From positions 50,537 through 114,536 of the forward strand of contig JABZFP010000029.1 of assembly GCA_014237395.1 (NCBI GenBank): DNA of 64,000 nucleotides, given 5' to 3'. The position numbers and the translations under genes are program-made. Source of the DNA: Desulfobacteraceae bacterium (GTDB taxonomy: Bacteria > Desulfobacterota > Desulfobacteria > Desulfobacterales > UBA5852). The notes under the pieces are model-generated. The model searched no databases and was not told the DNA's origin. It was given only the letters and a program-made list of their open reading frames with translations. Of the stretch, positions 45,739 to 56,962 are shown piece by piece (within the stretch, counting starts at the first letter, position 1; the number at the start of each line of letters is the position of its first letter).

Positions 45739-46614
45739 TTGGATTTCAAACCCATTCAGCTCGAACGGGCTGAATTCTACCATCAGCATTTAAAACAAAC
45801 GCCTCAGGTGGCCTCCGATTACAGTTTTGCCAATATATGGGGGTGGGCCCGGGAATACGGGTTGGAATGGGCCTTCAGCCATGATCTGGTGTGGCTTCGA
45901 CAAAGTTCACCAAAACCCGTCTACTGGGCGCCGGTCGGGCCCTGGGATCGAATCGACTGGCCCGGCGTGTTCCATCAGCATGATTTCAAGCCCGGTTTTA
46001 CACGCGTCCCCGAGACGCTGGCCGATCTCTGGGGCCGGCAAACAGGCGACATCCTGCGTATCGAGGAAGACCGGGCCAATTGGGATTATATCTATGACGT
46101 GGAAGAACTCACCACCCTGAGCGGCAACCGCTTCCACAAGAAAAAAAACCTGCTCAACCAGTTCAAAAAGCAGAATGACTACCACTACGAACCGTTTTCC
46201 GCGGCCATGATCGATCAGGCGCTGGCGCTGCAGGATGACTGGTGTACCTGGCGGGATTGTGAGGATTCGGACGTGCTGTCAGCCGAAAACCGAGCCATCC
46301 AGCGCGTTTTCATCGCCTGGGACCGTTTTCCGGAGCTGCTGGGCGGCGCTATTATGGTGGAAGACCTCATTGTGGCCTATACCATCGCCGAGCCCCTGGA
46401 CCCGAATACGGTGGTGATCCATTTCGAGAAGGGCTGCCCCGCCCACAAAGGCATTTATCAAGCCATCAACCAGATGTTCCTGGCAAGCCTGGAAGGGCGC
46501 TTTCAATACGTCAACCGCGAACAGGACCTGGGCAACGAGGGTCTGCGCAAGGCCAAACTGTCCTACCACCCGGTCGCCTTCAACCAGAAATACCGGGCAT
46601 CACTGATATCATAG
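45739..46614 (+). CDS. DUF2156 (lysyl-PG synthase C-terminal-like, GNAT fold) protein
   Basis: 291 aa with a TTG start. SDYSFANIWGWAREYGLEWAF and GNRFHKKKNLLNQFKK are typical of DUF2156. Confidence 0.7.
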   Translation: MDFKPIQLERAEFYHQHLKQTPQVASDYSFANIWGWAREYGLEWAFSHDLVWLRQSSPKPVYWAPVGPWDRIDWPGVFHQHDFKPGFTRVPETLADLWGRQTGDILRIEEDRANWDYIYDVEELTTLSGNRFHKKKNLLNQFKKQNDYHYEPFSAAMIDQALALQDDWCTWRDCEDSDVLSAENRAIQRVFIAWDRFPELLGGAIMVEDLIVAYTIAEPLDPNTVVIHFEKGCPAHKGIYQAINQMFLASLEGRFQYVNREQDLGNEGLRKAKLSYHPVAFNQKYRASLIS

Positions 46615-46707
46615 GCGCTTTCCATCCACGCCATCCACAACCAAACCCGATCCGCGAAATGGCTCAGAGCCCTCCACCAGTGGTGGCGGGTTCGGGGCTC
46701 CCGAGTC

Positions 46708-47886
46708 CTAATGCATCGCTGCTTCGGTCGCCTGTTTCCAGAACGGCGACATGCTCCGCAGGCGTTCGATGATCGGCGGCATCTTATCCACGATATAATC
46801 GACCTCTTCCCTGGTGGTGTAATGGCTCAGGCTGTAGCGGATGGAACCGTGGGCCGCGGTAAAGGGCACCCCCATGGCGCGCAGCACATGGGAGGGCTCC
46901 AGGGATCCTGAGGTGCAAGCCGACCCGGAAGAAGCGCAAATCCCGTATTCGTTCATCAGCAGCAGTATCGCTTCGCCCTCCACGTATTCAAACGCAATGC
47001 TGGTGGTGTTCGGCAGACGCTCCGCCTGGCCGCCGTTCGCCATGGAACGGGGCACGGCCTGAAGCAGGGCCTGCTCCAATGTGTCACGCAGCTGCCGCAC
47101 ACGGGTTCCGACATCTTCCAGATTTTCGCCGGCCAGCGCGCAGGCGCGGCCCATCCCGACGATGCCGGGCACATTTTCGGTGCCGGCCCGGCGTCCGCCT
47201 TCCTGGTGACCCCCCACCACCATGGGCTTGAACTTGGTGCCCTTGCGGATGTAGAGCGCACCGATACCTTTCGGCCCGTGGAATTTATGGGCGGACATGG
47301 ACAGCAGGTCGACCCCGTTTTGGGAGACATCAATCGGGATCTTGCCCACCGTCTGCACCGCATCCGTGTGGAAAAGGATGCCGCGCGCGCGGACCTCCCG
47401 GGACAGGTCGTCGATGGGATTGATCACGCCGGTTTCGTTGTTGGCCCACATGAGGCTGACAATGGCCGTATCATCGCTTAGGCTCTCCAAGAGGGCTGTC
47501 TGTTCCAAACGGCCCTCACCGTCAACCGGGACAAACGTCACCCGGTATCCGTTTTTTTGGTACCGTTCGAACAAGGTTTTGATGGCCGGATGCTCCACCC
47601 GGGAGGTGACGATATGACGTTTGTCCGGGTTGGACTGCAAGGCCGCATGGATGGCCGTCGCATCGCTTTCCGTGCCACCGCTGGTAAAAAGAATCTCTTC
47701 GGGCCGGGCCCCGATCAGATCGGCCACCTGGGTGCGGGCCCGGCGGATATCGACGACCAGTCCCCCACCAAAACTGTGCATGCTGGAGGCATTGCCATAG
47801 CGCTCGGTAAAATAGGGCAGCATGGCCTCCACCACTTCGGGGGCAACTTTGGTCGTGGCATTGTTGTCGACGTAGATCGTCTTCAT
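46708..47886 (-). CDS. nifS: cysteine desulfurase NifS
   Basis: IYVDNNATT...FTSGGTESD...SAHKFHGPKG...SSGSACTS. Confidence 0.93.
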   Translation of the reverse strand: MKTIYVDNNATTKVAPEVVEAMLPYFTERYGNASSMHSFGGGLVVDIRRARTQVADLIGARPEEILFTSGGTESDATAIHAALQSNPDKRHIVTSRVEHPAIKTLFERYQKNGYRVTFVPVDGEGRLEQTALLESLSDDTAIVSLMWANNETGVINPIDDLSREVRARGILFHTDAVQTVGKIPIDVSQNGVDLLSMSAHKFHGPKGIGALYIRKGTKFKPMVVGGHQEGGRRAGTENVPGIVGMGRACALAGENLEDVGTRVRQLRDTLEQALLQAVPRSMANGGQAERLPNTTSIAFEYVEGEAILLLMNEYGICASSGSACTSGSLEPSHVLRAMGVPFTAAHGSIRYSLSHYTTREEVDYIVDKMPPIIERLRSMSPFWKQATEAAMH

Positions 47887-48713
47887 GAGCGCACCTCCTC
47901 CACCACCAAATCTTTGGATACCAGTTCACGGAGTTTGGCTTCCACGGTTTTTTTCAGGGTCACCTGGGAAGCCTTGCATCCGGCGCAGGTCCCGCGCAGC
48001 TTGACCATGACCCGATTGCCGTCCACATCCACCAGCTCGATCCCGCCGCCGTCCTGATGCAGAGCCGGTTTGATTTCCCGCTCAAGCGTTTCCTCGATCA
48101 GGCGGATCTTCTGGAGATTGGTCAACGGGGCGGCTTCCGACCGGATCGGCATGGGTTTGCCCTGCACCTGATCGATGATCGCCTGGATGTCTTCATGACA
48201 CTTGCCGCAACCCCCGCCGGCCTTGAGATGGCCGGTGACATCGTCGATGGTCACCAGGTGGTGGTCCCGAACCGTCGCTTCAATCTGCCGGTCCGTAATC
48301 CCGAAACATTCGCAGATGATATTGCCTTCCGGCTTCGGGACGGTTTCGCCCCGGTAACAGGCAATCGCTTTTTCCAGCGCTTCTTGCCCCATGACCGAGC
48401 AGTGCATTTTCTCCTTGGGGAGTTCCCCTAAAAAGCTGGCGATATCGTCATTCGTTATTTTCTCTGCTTCTTCCAGGGTCTTGCCGATCATCATCTCGGT
48501 CAGGGCCGAAGACGATGCAATCGCACTGGCGCACCCAAACGTCTGGAATTTGGCATCCGTAATGCGCCCGTCCGCATCCAGTTTGAAATAGAGGGTCAGG
48601 GCGTCCCCGCAGGACAGCGAACCCACCTCGCCCACCCCGTCGGCGTCTTCGATAACCCCGACGTTGCGGGGGTTTAGAAAATGCTCTTTCACTTTATCCG
48701 TGTATTCCCACAT
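47883..48713 (-). CDS. nifU: Fe-S cluster assembly scaffold NifU (three-domain)
   Basis: YTDKVKEHFLNPRNVG...GSLSCGDAL...FGCASAIASSS, a central CxxC pair and a C-terminal NifU domain (LRGTCAGC). Confidence 0.93.
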   Translation of the reverse strand: MWEYTDKVKEHFLNPRNVGVIEDADGVGEVGSLSCGDALTLYFKLDADGRITDAKFQTFGCASAIASSSALTEMMIGKTLEEAEKITNDDIASFLGELPKEKMHCSVMGQEALEKAIACYRGETVPKPEGNIICECFGITDRQIEATVRDHHLVTIDDVTGHLKAGGGCGKCHEDIQAIIDQVQGKPMPIRSEAAPLTNLQKIRLIEETLEREIKPALHQDGGGIELVDVDGNRVMVKLRGTCAGCKASQVTLKKTVEAKLRELVSKDLVVEEVRS

Positions 48714-48896
48714 ACAATCACCTCCCGAAACATCCGCCCGCTGCCGGGCGCATGGTTACGTTTGTCGTAAGTGACATGCTAAGCATCAATGAAACGGAAG
48801 CCAAGGGGGGCCATCGGATTTCAAAGGGAACGGCGCCCGTCATACCCTGGAACATCATCCGGTGGACCCGTATCGGGAGAGCGCCTGATGGGGCCA

Positions 48897-48932
48897 TAAA
48901 AAAAGGCAGCGCCGGCCAAAGCCGACACTGCC
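48897..48932 (-). terminator. probable rho-independent terminator after the cytochrome operon
   Basis: Imperfect 12-bp GC-rich stem GGCAGCGCCGGC / GCCGACACTGCC (48905-48932). On the minus strand it is followed by a T7 run (A-run 48898-48904). Confidence 0.55.
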
Positions 48933-48957
48933 TGTGGCAATTAAAAACGTGAGGGGG

Positions 48958-49644
48958 TCAGGCCGAGGGAGCCTCGCTGTCTGCCGCCTGACGGCCTTTG
49001 CGCCGGCGTTTTTCCCAGTCTTCCAGCTCGACGCCTTCCGGGATTTCCTCCCAGCCCGTAATCATGGCCCGGATATGCGCGAAAATGGTGTGGCCCGTGG
49101 TGGTCATGTAAATATGGCCCACCAGAAAACTCAACACGCCGAATGCCCCCAGGATATGAATGGCGGCAACCACCGGAAGACTCAACCAATCCAGCCCCCA
49201 AGCCGCCCATGAATTATAGCTCCAGTAGAGAAACCCCGAGATCATCTGCACCGGCAGCAGGAACATGGCCACGGACAGGTAGGCGATGCGCTGCAGGGGG
49301 TTGTGTTTGGCCTCCTTGCGTTTGGGCACCGGGTGGGGATCGCCGCGGAAAATGCCGAGCATATAGTAGTGGATCACGGTAAACATTTTTTTGGTGGTGG
49401 GCACATACTGTTTCCACTCGCCGGTGGTCAGCAGCCAGAACACAAAAAAAGCAAAGGCGATGAGCCACCCCAGCCCCACAAAGTTGTGGACTTCGACGGC
49501 CATTTTGTATCCCAGCAACGTATAGAGGCCGTCCACCTCGAAGCCGGTCACCAGCAAAATGGTGATCAGCGCGGTCTGGAGCCAGTGCCAGAAACGTTCA
49601 TAGCGGGTATAGAGATAGGTGTTGACCATTTTTTTGCCTGTCAT
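48958..49644 (-). CDS. membrane cytochrome b (Ni/Fe-hydrogenase/FdnI/PhsC-type b subunit)
   Basis: 228 aa with RYERFWHWLQ..., four or five TMs and conserved His residues. Sits 4 nt downstream of the octaheme gene. Confidence 0.8.
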   Translation of the reverse strand: MTGKKMVNTYLYTRYERFWHWLQTALITILLVTGFEVDGLYTLLGYKMAVEVHNFVGLGWLIAFAFFVFWLLTTGEWKQYVPTTKKMFTVIHYYMLGIFRGDPHPVPKRKEAKHNPLQRIAYLSVAMFLLPVQMISGFLYWSYNSWAAWGLDWLSLPVVAAIHILGAFGVLSFLVGHIYMTTTGHTIFAHIRAMITGWEEIPEGVELEDWEKRRRKGRQAADSEAPSA

Positions 49645-49647
49645 GGT

Positions 49648-51303
49648 TCAGCCCTCCTTGCGGCTGCTTGAAATAACGCGCCCCAGGCCGTGAAAGGTAA
49701 CGGCCACCAATGTGCCCAGAACCAGAATCCACCCGAAGACGTTGATGGTTTTGAAATCGTCCCGGCCCGGCATGTAAAACCCAGCCAACGATGCCAGGCG
49801 TCCTTCCGTACTGTGGCACTCGATGCAGGCCACCACATTCTCCTTGGGGGCCACCATGTGCGTGATGGGGAAAACATAGCTTGTTTCGACAAAATCGTAT
49901 TCGCCGCTGAAAGACAGTCCGGCCGCCTGCATGCCCTTGTCGAGGGCCTTTTTCCAGTCGTATTCCGCCCAGTAGGCCCCGGACCCTTTCGGGCCGAAAA
50001 GCTTCGGGATCAGCAGCGTCTTGTTGATCTTGTCGTAGGGCTGTTTGCCCTCGTGCACCTTGAAGGGGAAAATCCGGGCGTTTTCATCGTCCCGGCTGCC
50101 CGCCGGCCAGTTGATCGCCACGGGCTGGGAAGGATCGATGGTATCCCGGGCGGTAATGGCGTTGATGGCGCCGTTGAACCAGAAATAAGCCGGTTTGACA
50201 TCCTTTTCCCATCGGAACTCACCCTTCTTGGAGTCATAGGACGGCTTGCCGTGAGGTCCCTTGGCAGCGTAAGGCTTGCCGTCTTTCTTCTGCCCGGCCT
50301 TGGACCAGTCCCAGGCCATTTTGGTGGCGTTGACCCGGGCGAACTCAGGAATGTGGCAACTCTGGCAAGCCACTTTGTCCGTGTGGTCGTTGGCTTTGAT
50401 CCCCGGTTTGTGGGGCGTGCTGCTATGACAGGATTCGCACATGATCTTGGAGGCCAGATCGTCTTCGATCAAACTCTTGCGGCTGGTAGCGGCCGGCGTG
50501 GCATAGGTGCGGCCGGCGATGTTGTGCAGGGTCGTGGTGTGGCAGCGCACGCAGTCGAAATCCTGCCCGTCCAGCCCCATGTGAACGTCCAGGGCCTTGT
50601 TGGGCTTGGCCAGAGACGAATCGATGTCACCGTGTTTCACCCCGTCGCCCCCCCCGCCGTAGAAATGGCAGGTGCCGCAATTGGTGCGCGTTGGACGTCC
50701 GACACTCTGGGCCACCTTGTTCCAGTCCGGCGGGTTGTAAGTTTTGTTGTTGCCCTTGAAAACGGTCGGCGTTTGCACCGGATGCCCCGCGCCGGTAGGA
50801 AATTTTTTGTAGGTCCCGGTCTGTTCGTGGCAGACCAGGCAATCCACGGCTGCTTCGTCGTTGAAATTGAAGCTGCTGTCGCGCCAGCCGTAGCCGGCGT
50901 GGCAGGACGTGCAGCGCGGCTCATTCCCATTGAGATTGATGCAGAAATTGTTGATGGAATGACCTGCCTTGCCGATGCGTTCACCCGCCGGTACGTTGGG
51001 ATCCAGCCAGGTCCAGTGAATGGTTTTGTGAAACTGCCCCGCCGCCAGCTCGTGGCAGGACAGGCAGGCTTTGGTCACCTCGGGACCCGATTTGAATTCA
51101 TTCTGCAGGATCGCATGCCGGGAATGATCCGCCGTGATCCAGATCTGTCGTTCCTTGGTGGCCTGCTGGGCCATGGTACGCCCGGGGGCCTGGTTTTCAT
51201 CGAGCACTTCGAGCTGCGCCCGGGCTGTGGGGATGCCGGCCAACCCCAGCAACATGGTGGCGGCACATGCCCAGGCCGAGATGAAAAATGCCAAGCGTTT
51301 CAT
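49648..51303 (-). CDS. octaheme c-type cytochrome, tetrathionate-reductase (OTR) family
   Basis: 551 aa with a signal peptide. Eight CxxCH motifs: CLSCH, CTSCH, CLVCH, CGTCH, CVRCH, CESCH, CQSCH, CIECH. Has an additional C-terminal TM helix. Confidence 0.85.
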   Translation of the reverse strand: MKRLAFFISAWACAATMLLGLAGIPTARAQLEVLDENQAPGRTMAQQATKERQIWITADHSRHAILQNEFKSGPEVTKACLSCHELAAGQFHKTIHWTWLDPNVPAGERIGKAGHSINNFCINLNGNEPRCTSCHAGYGWRDSSFNFNDEAAVDCLVCHEQTGTYKKFPTGAGHPVQTPTVFKGNNKTYNPPDWNKVAQSVGRPTRTNCGTCHFYGGGGDGVKHGDIDSSLAKPNKALDVHMGLDGQDFDCVRCHTTTLHNIAGRTYATPAATSRKSLIEDDLASKIMCESCHSSTPHKPGIKANDHTDKVACQSCHIPEFARVNATKMAWDWSKAGQKKDGKPYAAKGPHGKPSYDSKKGEFRWEKDVKPAYFWFNGAINAITARDTIDPSQPVAINWPAGSRDDENARIFPFKVHEGKQPYDKINKTLLIPKLFGPKGSGAYWAEYDWKKALDKGMQAAGLSFSGEYDFVETSYVFPITHMVAPKENVVACIECHSTEGRLASLAGFYMPGRDDFKTINVFGWILVLGTLVAVTFHGLGRVISSSRKEG

Positions 51304-51401
51304 GGTTTGCTCCCCTCGAATGGGTTAACGATCCGTCCCGCGATAGGGCACAGGGACATTCTGATGTCCAAACACCGCAGGTCAAAGATCAAAATAGGAT
51401 A

Positions 51402-51418
51402 TTGCAACGATGATGCCA
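51402..51418 (-). promoter_or_regulatory. sigma-54 (-24/-12) promoter for the octaheme cytochrome operon
   Basis: Minus strand reads TGGCAT-CATCG-TTGCAA, a near-consensus match, about 100 nt upstream of the ATG at 51303 and facing a divergent sigma-54 activator gene. Confidence 0.65.
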
Positions 51419-51646
51419 GTGAAAGCGTAGAGGGCGAAGCGAGAGACAAGAGGAAATAAGCACAACAATAATGATTCATTTATTATCACAACACACTAAA
51501 ATCAATATTTTTTTATCCATTATCCGGGCGTTGGCCGCGCTGGCGAAAAAAATGTCCTCGCGTACTCGAAGGCTCCTTGCCAAACCCGTTTGTTAAGCTT
51601 ATGTTAACACCTGTTAAGTTTACATGTTGACATCCTCAAAGGAGCG

Positions 51647-53008
51647 ATGCGGATGGACATTAGCAGTTTCTGGGAAACTATCGTCAATACATTGCATGAC
51701 GGACTTCTAGTCGTCGATGCCCGGGGAACCATTCTGAATATGAACCCGGCCGCTGAAAAACTGACCGGTTATTCCGCCGAAGAACTGGTGGGTCGCAACT
51801 GCCGCGTGCTGAACTGCTCGGGGTGCCAGATTTATGGCCGGGGCGCCGGCAAGGAGTGGTGCAGCCTCTATGTCCGCAACCGCATCCGGGCCAAAAAATG
51901 CACCATCACCGACAAAAACGGCCGGGCCCTGTTCGTCATGAAAAATGCCTCGGTGTTGAAAGACGATCACGGTAACGTGGTCGGCGCCATCGAAACCCTG
52001 ACGGACATCTCCGAAATTGTTCGCCAGCAGCAGGAAATCATGTCGCTGCGCCAGACCTGTCGCCTGGATGACGGGTTTCACGGCATTATCGGCCACGCGC
52101 CGTCCATGCAGCGCCTGTTCGAATTGATCGACAATGTCGCCCAGAGCGACGCGCCGGTGCTGATCCACGGCCCCAGCGGCACCGGCAAAGAACTGTCGGC
52201 GCTTGCCGTGCACGAGGCCGGACCGCGTAAAACCAAACCGTTTATCAAAGTCAACTGCGCCGCCCTCAACGAAAATCTGCTGGAAAGTGAACTCTTCGGC
52301 CATGTCAAGGGCGCCTATACCGGTGCCGACCGGGCGCGCATCGGGCGATTCGAAGCGGCCCACGGGGGTACCATTTTTCTGGACGAAATCGGTGATATTC
52401 CTTTGGCCACCCAGGTCAAACTCCTGCGGGTGCTGGAAGAAAAGGAGATCGAACGGGTGGGCGATCACCACCCCATCGCCGTCGATGTTCGCATCATATC
52501 CGCCACCAACAAAAACCTGGAAAAAAGCATCGCCGAAGGCCTGTTTCGCGAAGATCTCTATTTCCGGATCAATGTCTTCCCCCTGACCATGCCCGCCCTG
52601 CAGGACCGCATGGAAGATATCCCGTTGCTGGTGCAGGGATTCATCACCCAGAACAACCAGCGCAGCGGAAAAACGATCGAAGGTCTGTCCCCCGAAGCCA
52701 TGGACGCCCTGCTAAGCTATACCTGGCCTGGCAATGTCCGCGAACTGCGCAACACAATCGAGTATGCCTTCGTCCTGTGCCCCGGCGGTTGGATCGGTCC
52801 GGTGCATTTGCCGCAACGTATTGTTCGAGGAACCCCGGCAACCGCCTCCCGCGATATCCCCGCCGGACCGGAGCGGGAGGCCCTGCTGAATGCCCTGCGA
52901 CTGGCCAATGGCAACCAGTCCGAAGCCGCCCGGCATTTAGGCGTCAGCCGGGTCACGGTCTGGAAGCGGATCAAAAAGCACGGTATTGATCTGCACCGTG
53001 ATCTTTAA
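51647..53008 (+). CDS. sigma-54-dependent transcriptional activator (PAS with Cys4 motif, AAA+, Fis HTH)
   Basis: PAS domain with C52-x4-C-x2-C-x11-[21 protein letters not shown], and [16 protein letters not shown]. Confidence 0.92.
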   Translation: MRMDISSFWETIVNTLHDGLLVVDARGTILNMNPAAEKLTGYSAEELVGRNCRVLNCSGCQIYGRGAGKEWCSLYVRNRIRAKKCTITDKNGRALFVMKNASVLKDDHGNVVGAIETLTDISEIVRQQQEIMSLRQTCRLDDGFHGIIGHAPSMQRLFELIDNVAQSDAPVLIHGPSGTGKELSALAVHEAGPRKTKPFIKVNCAALNENLLESELFGHVKGAYTGADRARIGRFEAAHGGTIFLDEIGDIPLATQVKLLRVLEEKEIERVGDHHPIAVDVRIISATNKNLEKSIAEGLFREDLYFRINVFPLTMPALQDRMEDIPLLVQGFITQNNQRSGKTIEGLSPEAMDALLSYTWPGNVRELRNTIEYAFVLCPGGWIGPVHLPQRIVRGTPATASRDIPAGPEREALLNALRLANGNQSEAARHLGVSRVTVWKRIKKHGIDLHRDL

Positions 53009-53068
53009 CCGGATCGCTGTCCCGCAATGGTGCCTCCGGCCCTCTCGGCTTTCGCCGCTGAGGCGTCG

Positions 53069-53096
53069 TTGACAACCGGCCGCAAACCCCTATACT
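53069..53096 (+). promoter_or_regulatory. sigma-70-type promoter upstream of cysE
   Basis: TTGACA (53069-53074), a 16-nt spacer, then TATACT (53091-53096). Lies 70 nt upstream of the cysE ATG. Confidence 0.5.
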
Positions 53097-53166
53097 GCCG
53101 TGTATGCCGTGCAACCGGCGCGGCGGTTTCTCCACGGAACAATGCTACGGCAAGGATTGACACTTT

Positions 53167-54117
53167 ATGGAAAACGACCCCCTCGACCGAAAATCCGTTT
53201 GCACCCGGGAAGCCGGCCTGCTCTCCGCCTACCGGGAAAAAATTCCGGCTATCGCCGAAGATATCATTCATATCTGCGATGACGTGAAATGCTACACGCA
53301 TGTGGAGTACGATCCGATCCCCTCCCGGGAATCGGTCGTGGCGATCATCAACCAGTTTCGGGGAATCATCTTCCCCGGCTATTTTTCCAATGAAAAACTA
53401 GACCCCGTCAACCTGCGCTACAGCCTGGGGCAGGCCGTATCCCACTTTTTCGACAGCCTGTCTCACCAGGTCTCCCTGAGTGTGCGGCATGAATGCTTCC
53501 GCCACAACCGGCCCTGCGCCCGCCATACTGAAAAGGGGTACCAAGTAGCCCTTGAAATCCTGCAGGCCATCCCGGAGCTCCGTAAGACCCTGGCGGCTGA
53601 CGTACAGGCCGCCTTTGACGGCGACCCGGCCGCCAAAAGCCATGACGAGATCATTTTCAGCTATCCCGGCATGTACGCCCTCACGGTCTATCGCCTGGCC
53701 CACCGCCTCTATCGACTGGACGTTCCGCTGCTGCCGCGCATCATGACCGAGTACGCCCACAGCCATACCGGCATCGACATCCACCCCGGCGCCCGCATCG
53801 GCAAGCGTTTCGTGATCGATCACGGCACGGGGGTCGTCATCGGTGAAACGACCCAAATTGGCGACAATGTCCGCATTTACCAGGGGGTGACCTTAGGCGC
53901 CCTGTCGCTGCCGCGCGACAAGGTATCCGAATTGCGGCAGCAGAAACGCCACCCCACCATCGAAGACAACGTGATTATCTATTCGGGGGCCACCATCCTC
54001 GGCGGAGAAACGGTCATCGGGGCCAACACCACCATTGGCGGCAATGTCTGGTTGACGGAATCCGTACCGGCCAACACCCGCGTCATGCTGGAGACCCCCA
54101 AGCTTGTCTACAAATAA
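53167..54117 (+). CDS. cysE: serine O[17 protein letters not shown] (long form)
   Basis: [16 protein letters not shown]...[43 protein letters not shown] hexapeptide region. Confidence 0.92.
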   Translation: MENDPLDRKSVCTREAGLLSAYREKIPAIAEDIIHICDDVKCYTHVEYDPIPSRESVVAIINQFRGIIFPGYFSNEKLDPVNLRYSLGQAVSHFFDSLSHQVSLSVRHECFRHNRPCARHTEKGYQVALEILQAIPELRKTLAADVQAAFDGDPAAKSHDEIIFSYPGMYALTVYRLAHRLYRLDVPLLPRIMTEYAHSHTGIDIHPGARIGKRFVIDHGTGVVIGETTQIGDNVRIYQGVTLGALSLPRDKVSELRQQKRHPTIEDNVIIYSGATILGGETVIGANTTIGGNVWLTESVPANTRVMLETPKLVYK

Positions 54118-54149
54118 GCGTTCGGAGCCTGTCCGACGCCACAGGAGAA

Positions 54150-55076
<927 letters not shown>

Positions 55077-55117
55077 CGGGGGCGATCCGACCATAATAGG
55101 GAGCCCGGGGGCTGTCG

Positions 55118-55633
55118 ATGAAAAAATCCATCCTTATCGACACATCGTCTGCTATCCTGCTCTTTAAATCCGGCTGGATGGCGCCCCTGATGGAACACTA
55201 CCGGGTGGGGACCGGGCCGGCGGCTTTCCGGGAAATGACCGTGGCCGACTATCCCGGTGCGTCCGCGTTTCGCCAATGGCAGAAGGAAGAGCGCCTGGTG
55301 CTGCACCCCCGATGCCCGCCGGAAATGTCTATCGGGACGAATCGGCAGGGCCTGGATCCGGGTGAACGCGAATGCCTCACCCTCTTTTTGAGCGGTACCG
55401 GCACGTTTGTCGTCATCGACGACGGCCCGGGGGCGGCCTTCTGCCGCCGGGAAGCCATCCCTTATGTTAATGCCCTCCTCATTCCCCGGCTGCTTAGCCC
55501 TGCGTCGGCAACGGCCCGCGCGGACGCGGAAACCGCCATGCAACAGATTTTTGCCATTGGGCGCTACGCCCCCTGGGTGCTGGAATACGCCCTGACCTGC
55601 CCGCCGGAAGACTTGGTGTTTTTTCTGCCCTGA
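55118..55633 (+). CDS. hypothetical protein, PIN-like (DUF3368-type) features
   Basis: 171 aa with SILIDTSS, DPGERECLTL and FVVIDD, which place acidic residues as in PIN/DUF3368 proteins. The assignment is tentative. Confidence 0.5.
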   Translation: MKKSILIDTSSAILLFKSGWMAPLMEHYRVGTGPAAFREMTVADYPGASAFRQWQKEERLVLHPRCPPEMSIGTNRQGLDPGERECLTLFLSGTGTFVVIDDGPGAAFCRREAIPYVNALLIPRLLSPASATARADAETAMQQIFAIGRYAPWVLEYALTCPPEDLVFFLP

Positions 55634-55792
55634 CATCCCGCCGATTGACGATGCCCGGTTCCCATGCTAAGGGGAAGCGGCATTTGAAAAACGACTTCAC
55701 CCGAAAAAATTTCCCGCAGCAGGCGATCCCGCGTCGCCATGAGTGCTGCGGGTTAAATGCTATAACCGACATCAACGCCACAGGACGAAACG

Positions 55793-56740
55793 TTGGCCAC
55801 CCCATCCCAGTTTCCCCGCACCCGGTACCGTGAAAAGCTGAAACACTTCTGGGCGCTCTCGCGCACCCCCCATGGCCTCATCGATATGACAACGCCCTGT
55901 ATGGCTGCGCTGTTATGGCTGGGAGAATTCCCCGCCCTGGGCACCATCATCGTGGGGCTGGTCACCGTTTTTGCGGGCTATACCGCGGTCTATGCCTTGA
56001 ATGACGTCATCGGCTACCGTTCCGACCGCGCCAAACTGGAGGCCGGCGGATTTGAAGGCGCGGCCCACGCCAGCGATATCGACGCCTTGCTGGTGCGCCA
56101 CCCCATGGCCCAGGGACTGATCAGCCTCCCGGCCGGCCTGGCCTGGGCGATCGGATGGGGCCTCGTAGCCGCCCTGGGGGCCTATTGGCTCAATCCTGTC
56201 TGTCTGCTGATCTTTGGCGCGGGGTGTCTACTGGAAGCGGTTTACTGCCTGCTGTGGCGGGTGAGCCCCTACCGGGCGCTGGTCAGCGGGGCCGTCAAAT
56301 CGGCAGGGGCCATTGCCGCCGTCTTTGCCGTCGATCCGGCACCGTCGGCCGTCTTTCTGTTTTTTCTGTTCCTGGTGATTTTCTTCTGGGAAATCGGCGG
56401 GCAGAACGCCCCCAATGACTGGACGGACATCGAGGAAGACCAGCGCTTCGGCGCCCGTACAATACCGGTCACCCTGGGGCTCAAGCGAACGCGGGACATC
56501 ATCCTGGGCGCCCTGCTGCTGGCCGTGCTGTCCTGTCTGGTGCTGTTTCTTGTCTCCCAGACAGCCTTCGGACCGGCGTATTATCTCCTCACCCTGGCCA
56601 CCGGAAGCTACCTCCTCATCTGGCCGGCCTGGCTGCTCTACGATTCCGAGCGTAAAACCGATGCCATGCGGCTCTTCAACCGCGCCAGTTATTTCCCCCT
56701 GGCGCTTTTCGCGATCGTCGCCGTCCGTCTTTTATTCTAG
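55793..56740 (+). CDS. UbiA-family aromatic [17 protein letters not shown]
   Basis: 315-aa polytopic protein with ALNDVIGYRSDR (the NDxxDxxxD-type first Asp-rich motif). TTG start is uncertain. Confidence 0.8.
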   Translation: MATPSQFPRTRYREKLKHFWALSRTPHGLIDMTTPCMAALLWLGEFPALGTIIVGLVTVFAGYTAVYALNDVIGYRSDRAKLEAGGFEGAAHASDIDALLVRHPMAQGLISLPAGLAWAIGWGLVAALGAYWLNPVCLLIFGAGCLLEAVYCLLWRVSPYRALVSGAVKSAGAIAAVFAVDPAPSAVFLFFLFLVIFFWEIGGQNAPNDWTDIEEDQRFGARTIPVTLGLKRTRDIILGALLLAVLSCLVLFLVSQTAFGPAYYLLTLATGSYLLIWPAWLLYDSERKTDAMRLFNRASYFPLALFAIVAVRLLF

Positions 56741-56802
56741 TGTGCATCCAGAAATGTCCAATTTTCCCGATATCGGCGCTACGCGTAAAAAGCCCTGTAG
56801 CA

Positions 56803-56962
56803 GACGGTTTCGTAAAAGGTTCGAGATACGGCTTGCGAATCCCGTGGAAAGAGGCGTACTTTTCGTACGCCGCAGTGACGAGGGATTCGTGTAACGCGGA
56901 TATTTATCCCTTTTAAGGGACGGTGTCCGCCTTTGGCGGATCGGGCGTTTTACGAAACCGTC
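56803..56962. repeat. structured palindromic repeat, copy R5 (extended)
   Basis: Perfect 15-bp arms GACGGTTTCGTAAAA (56803-56817) / TTTTACGAAACCGTC (56948-56962). Central hairpin GGCGTAC-ttttc-GTACGCC (56853-56871). Carries an extra ~45-nt module with two small hairpins before the right arm. Confidence 0.8.
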
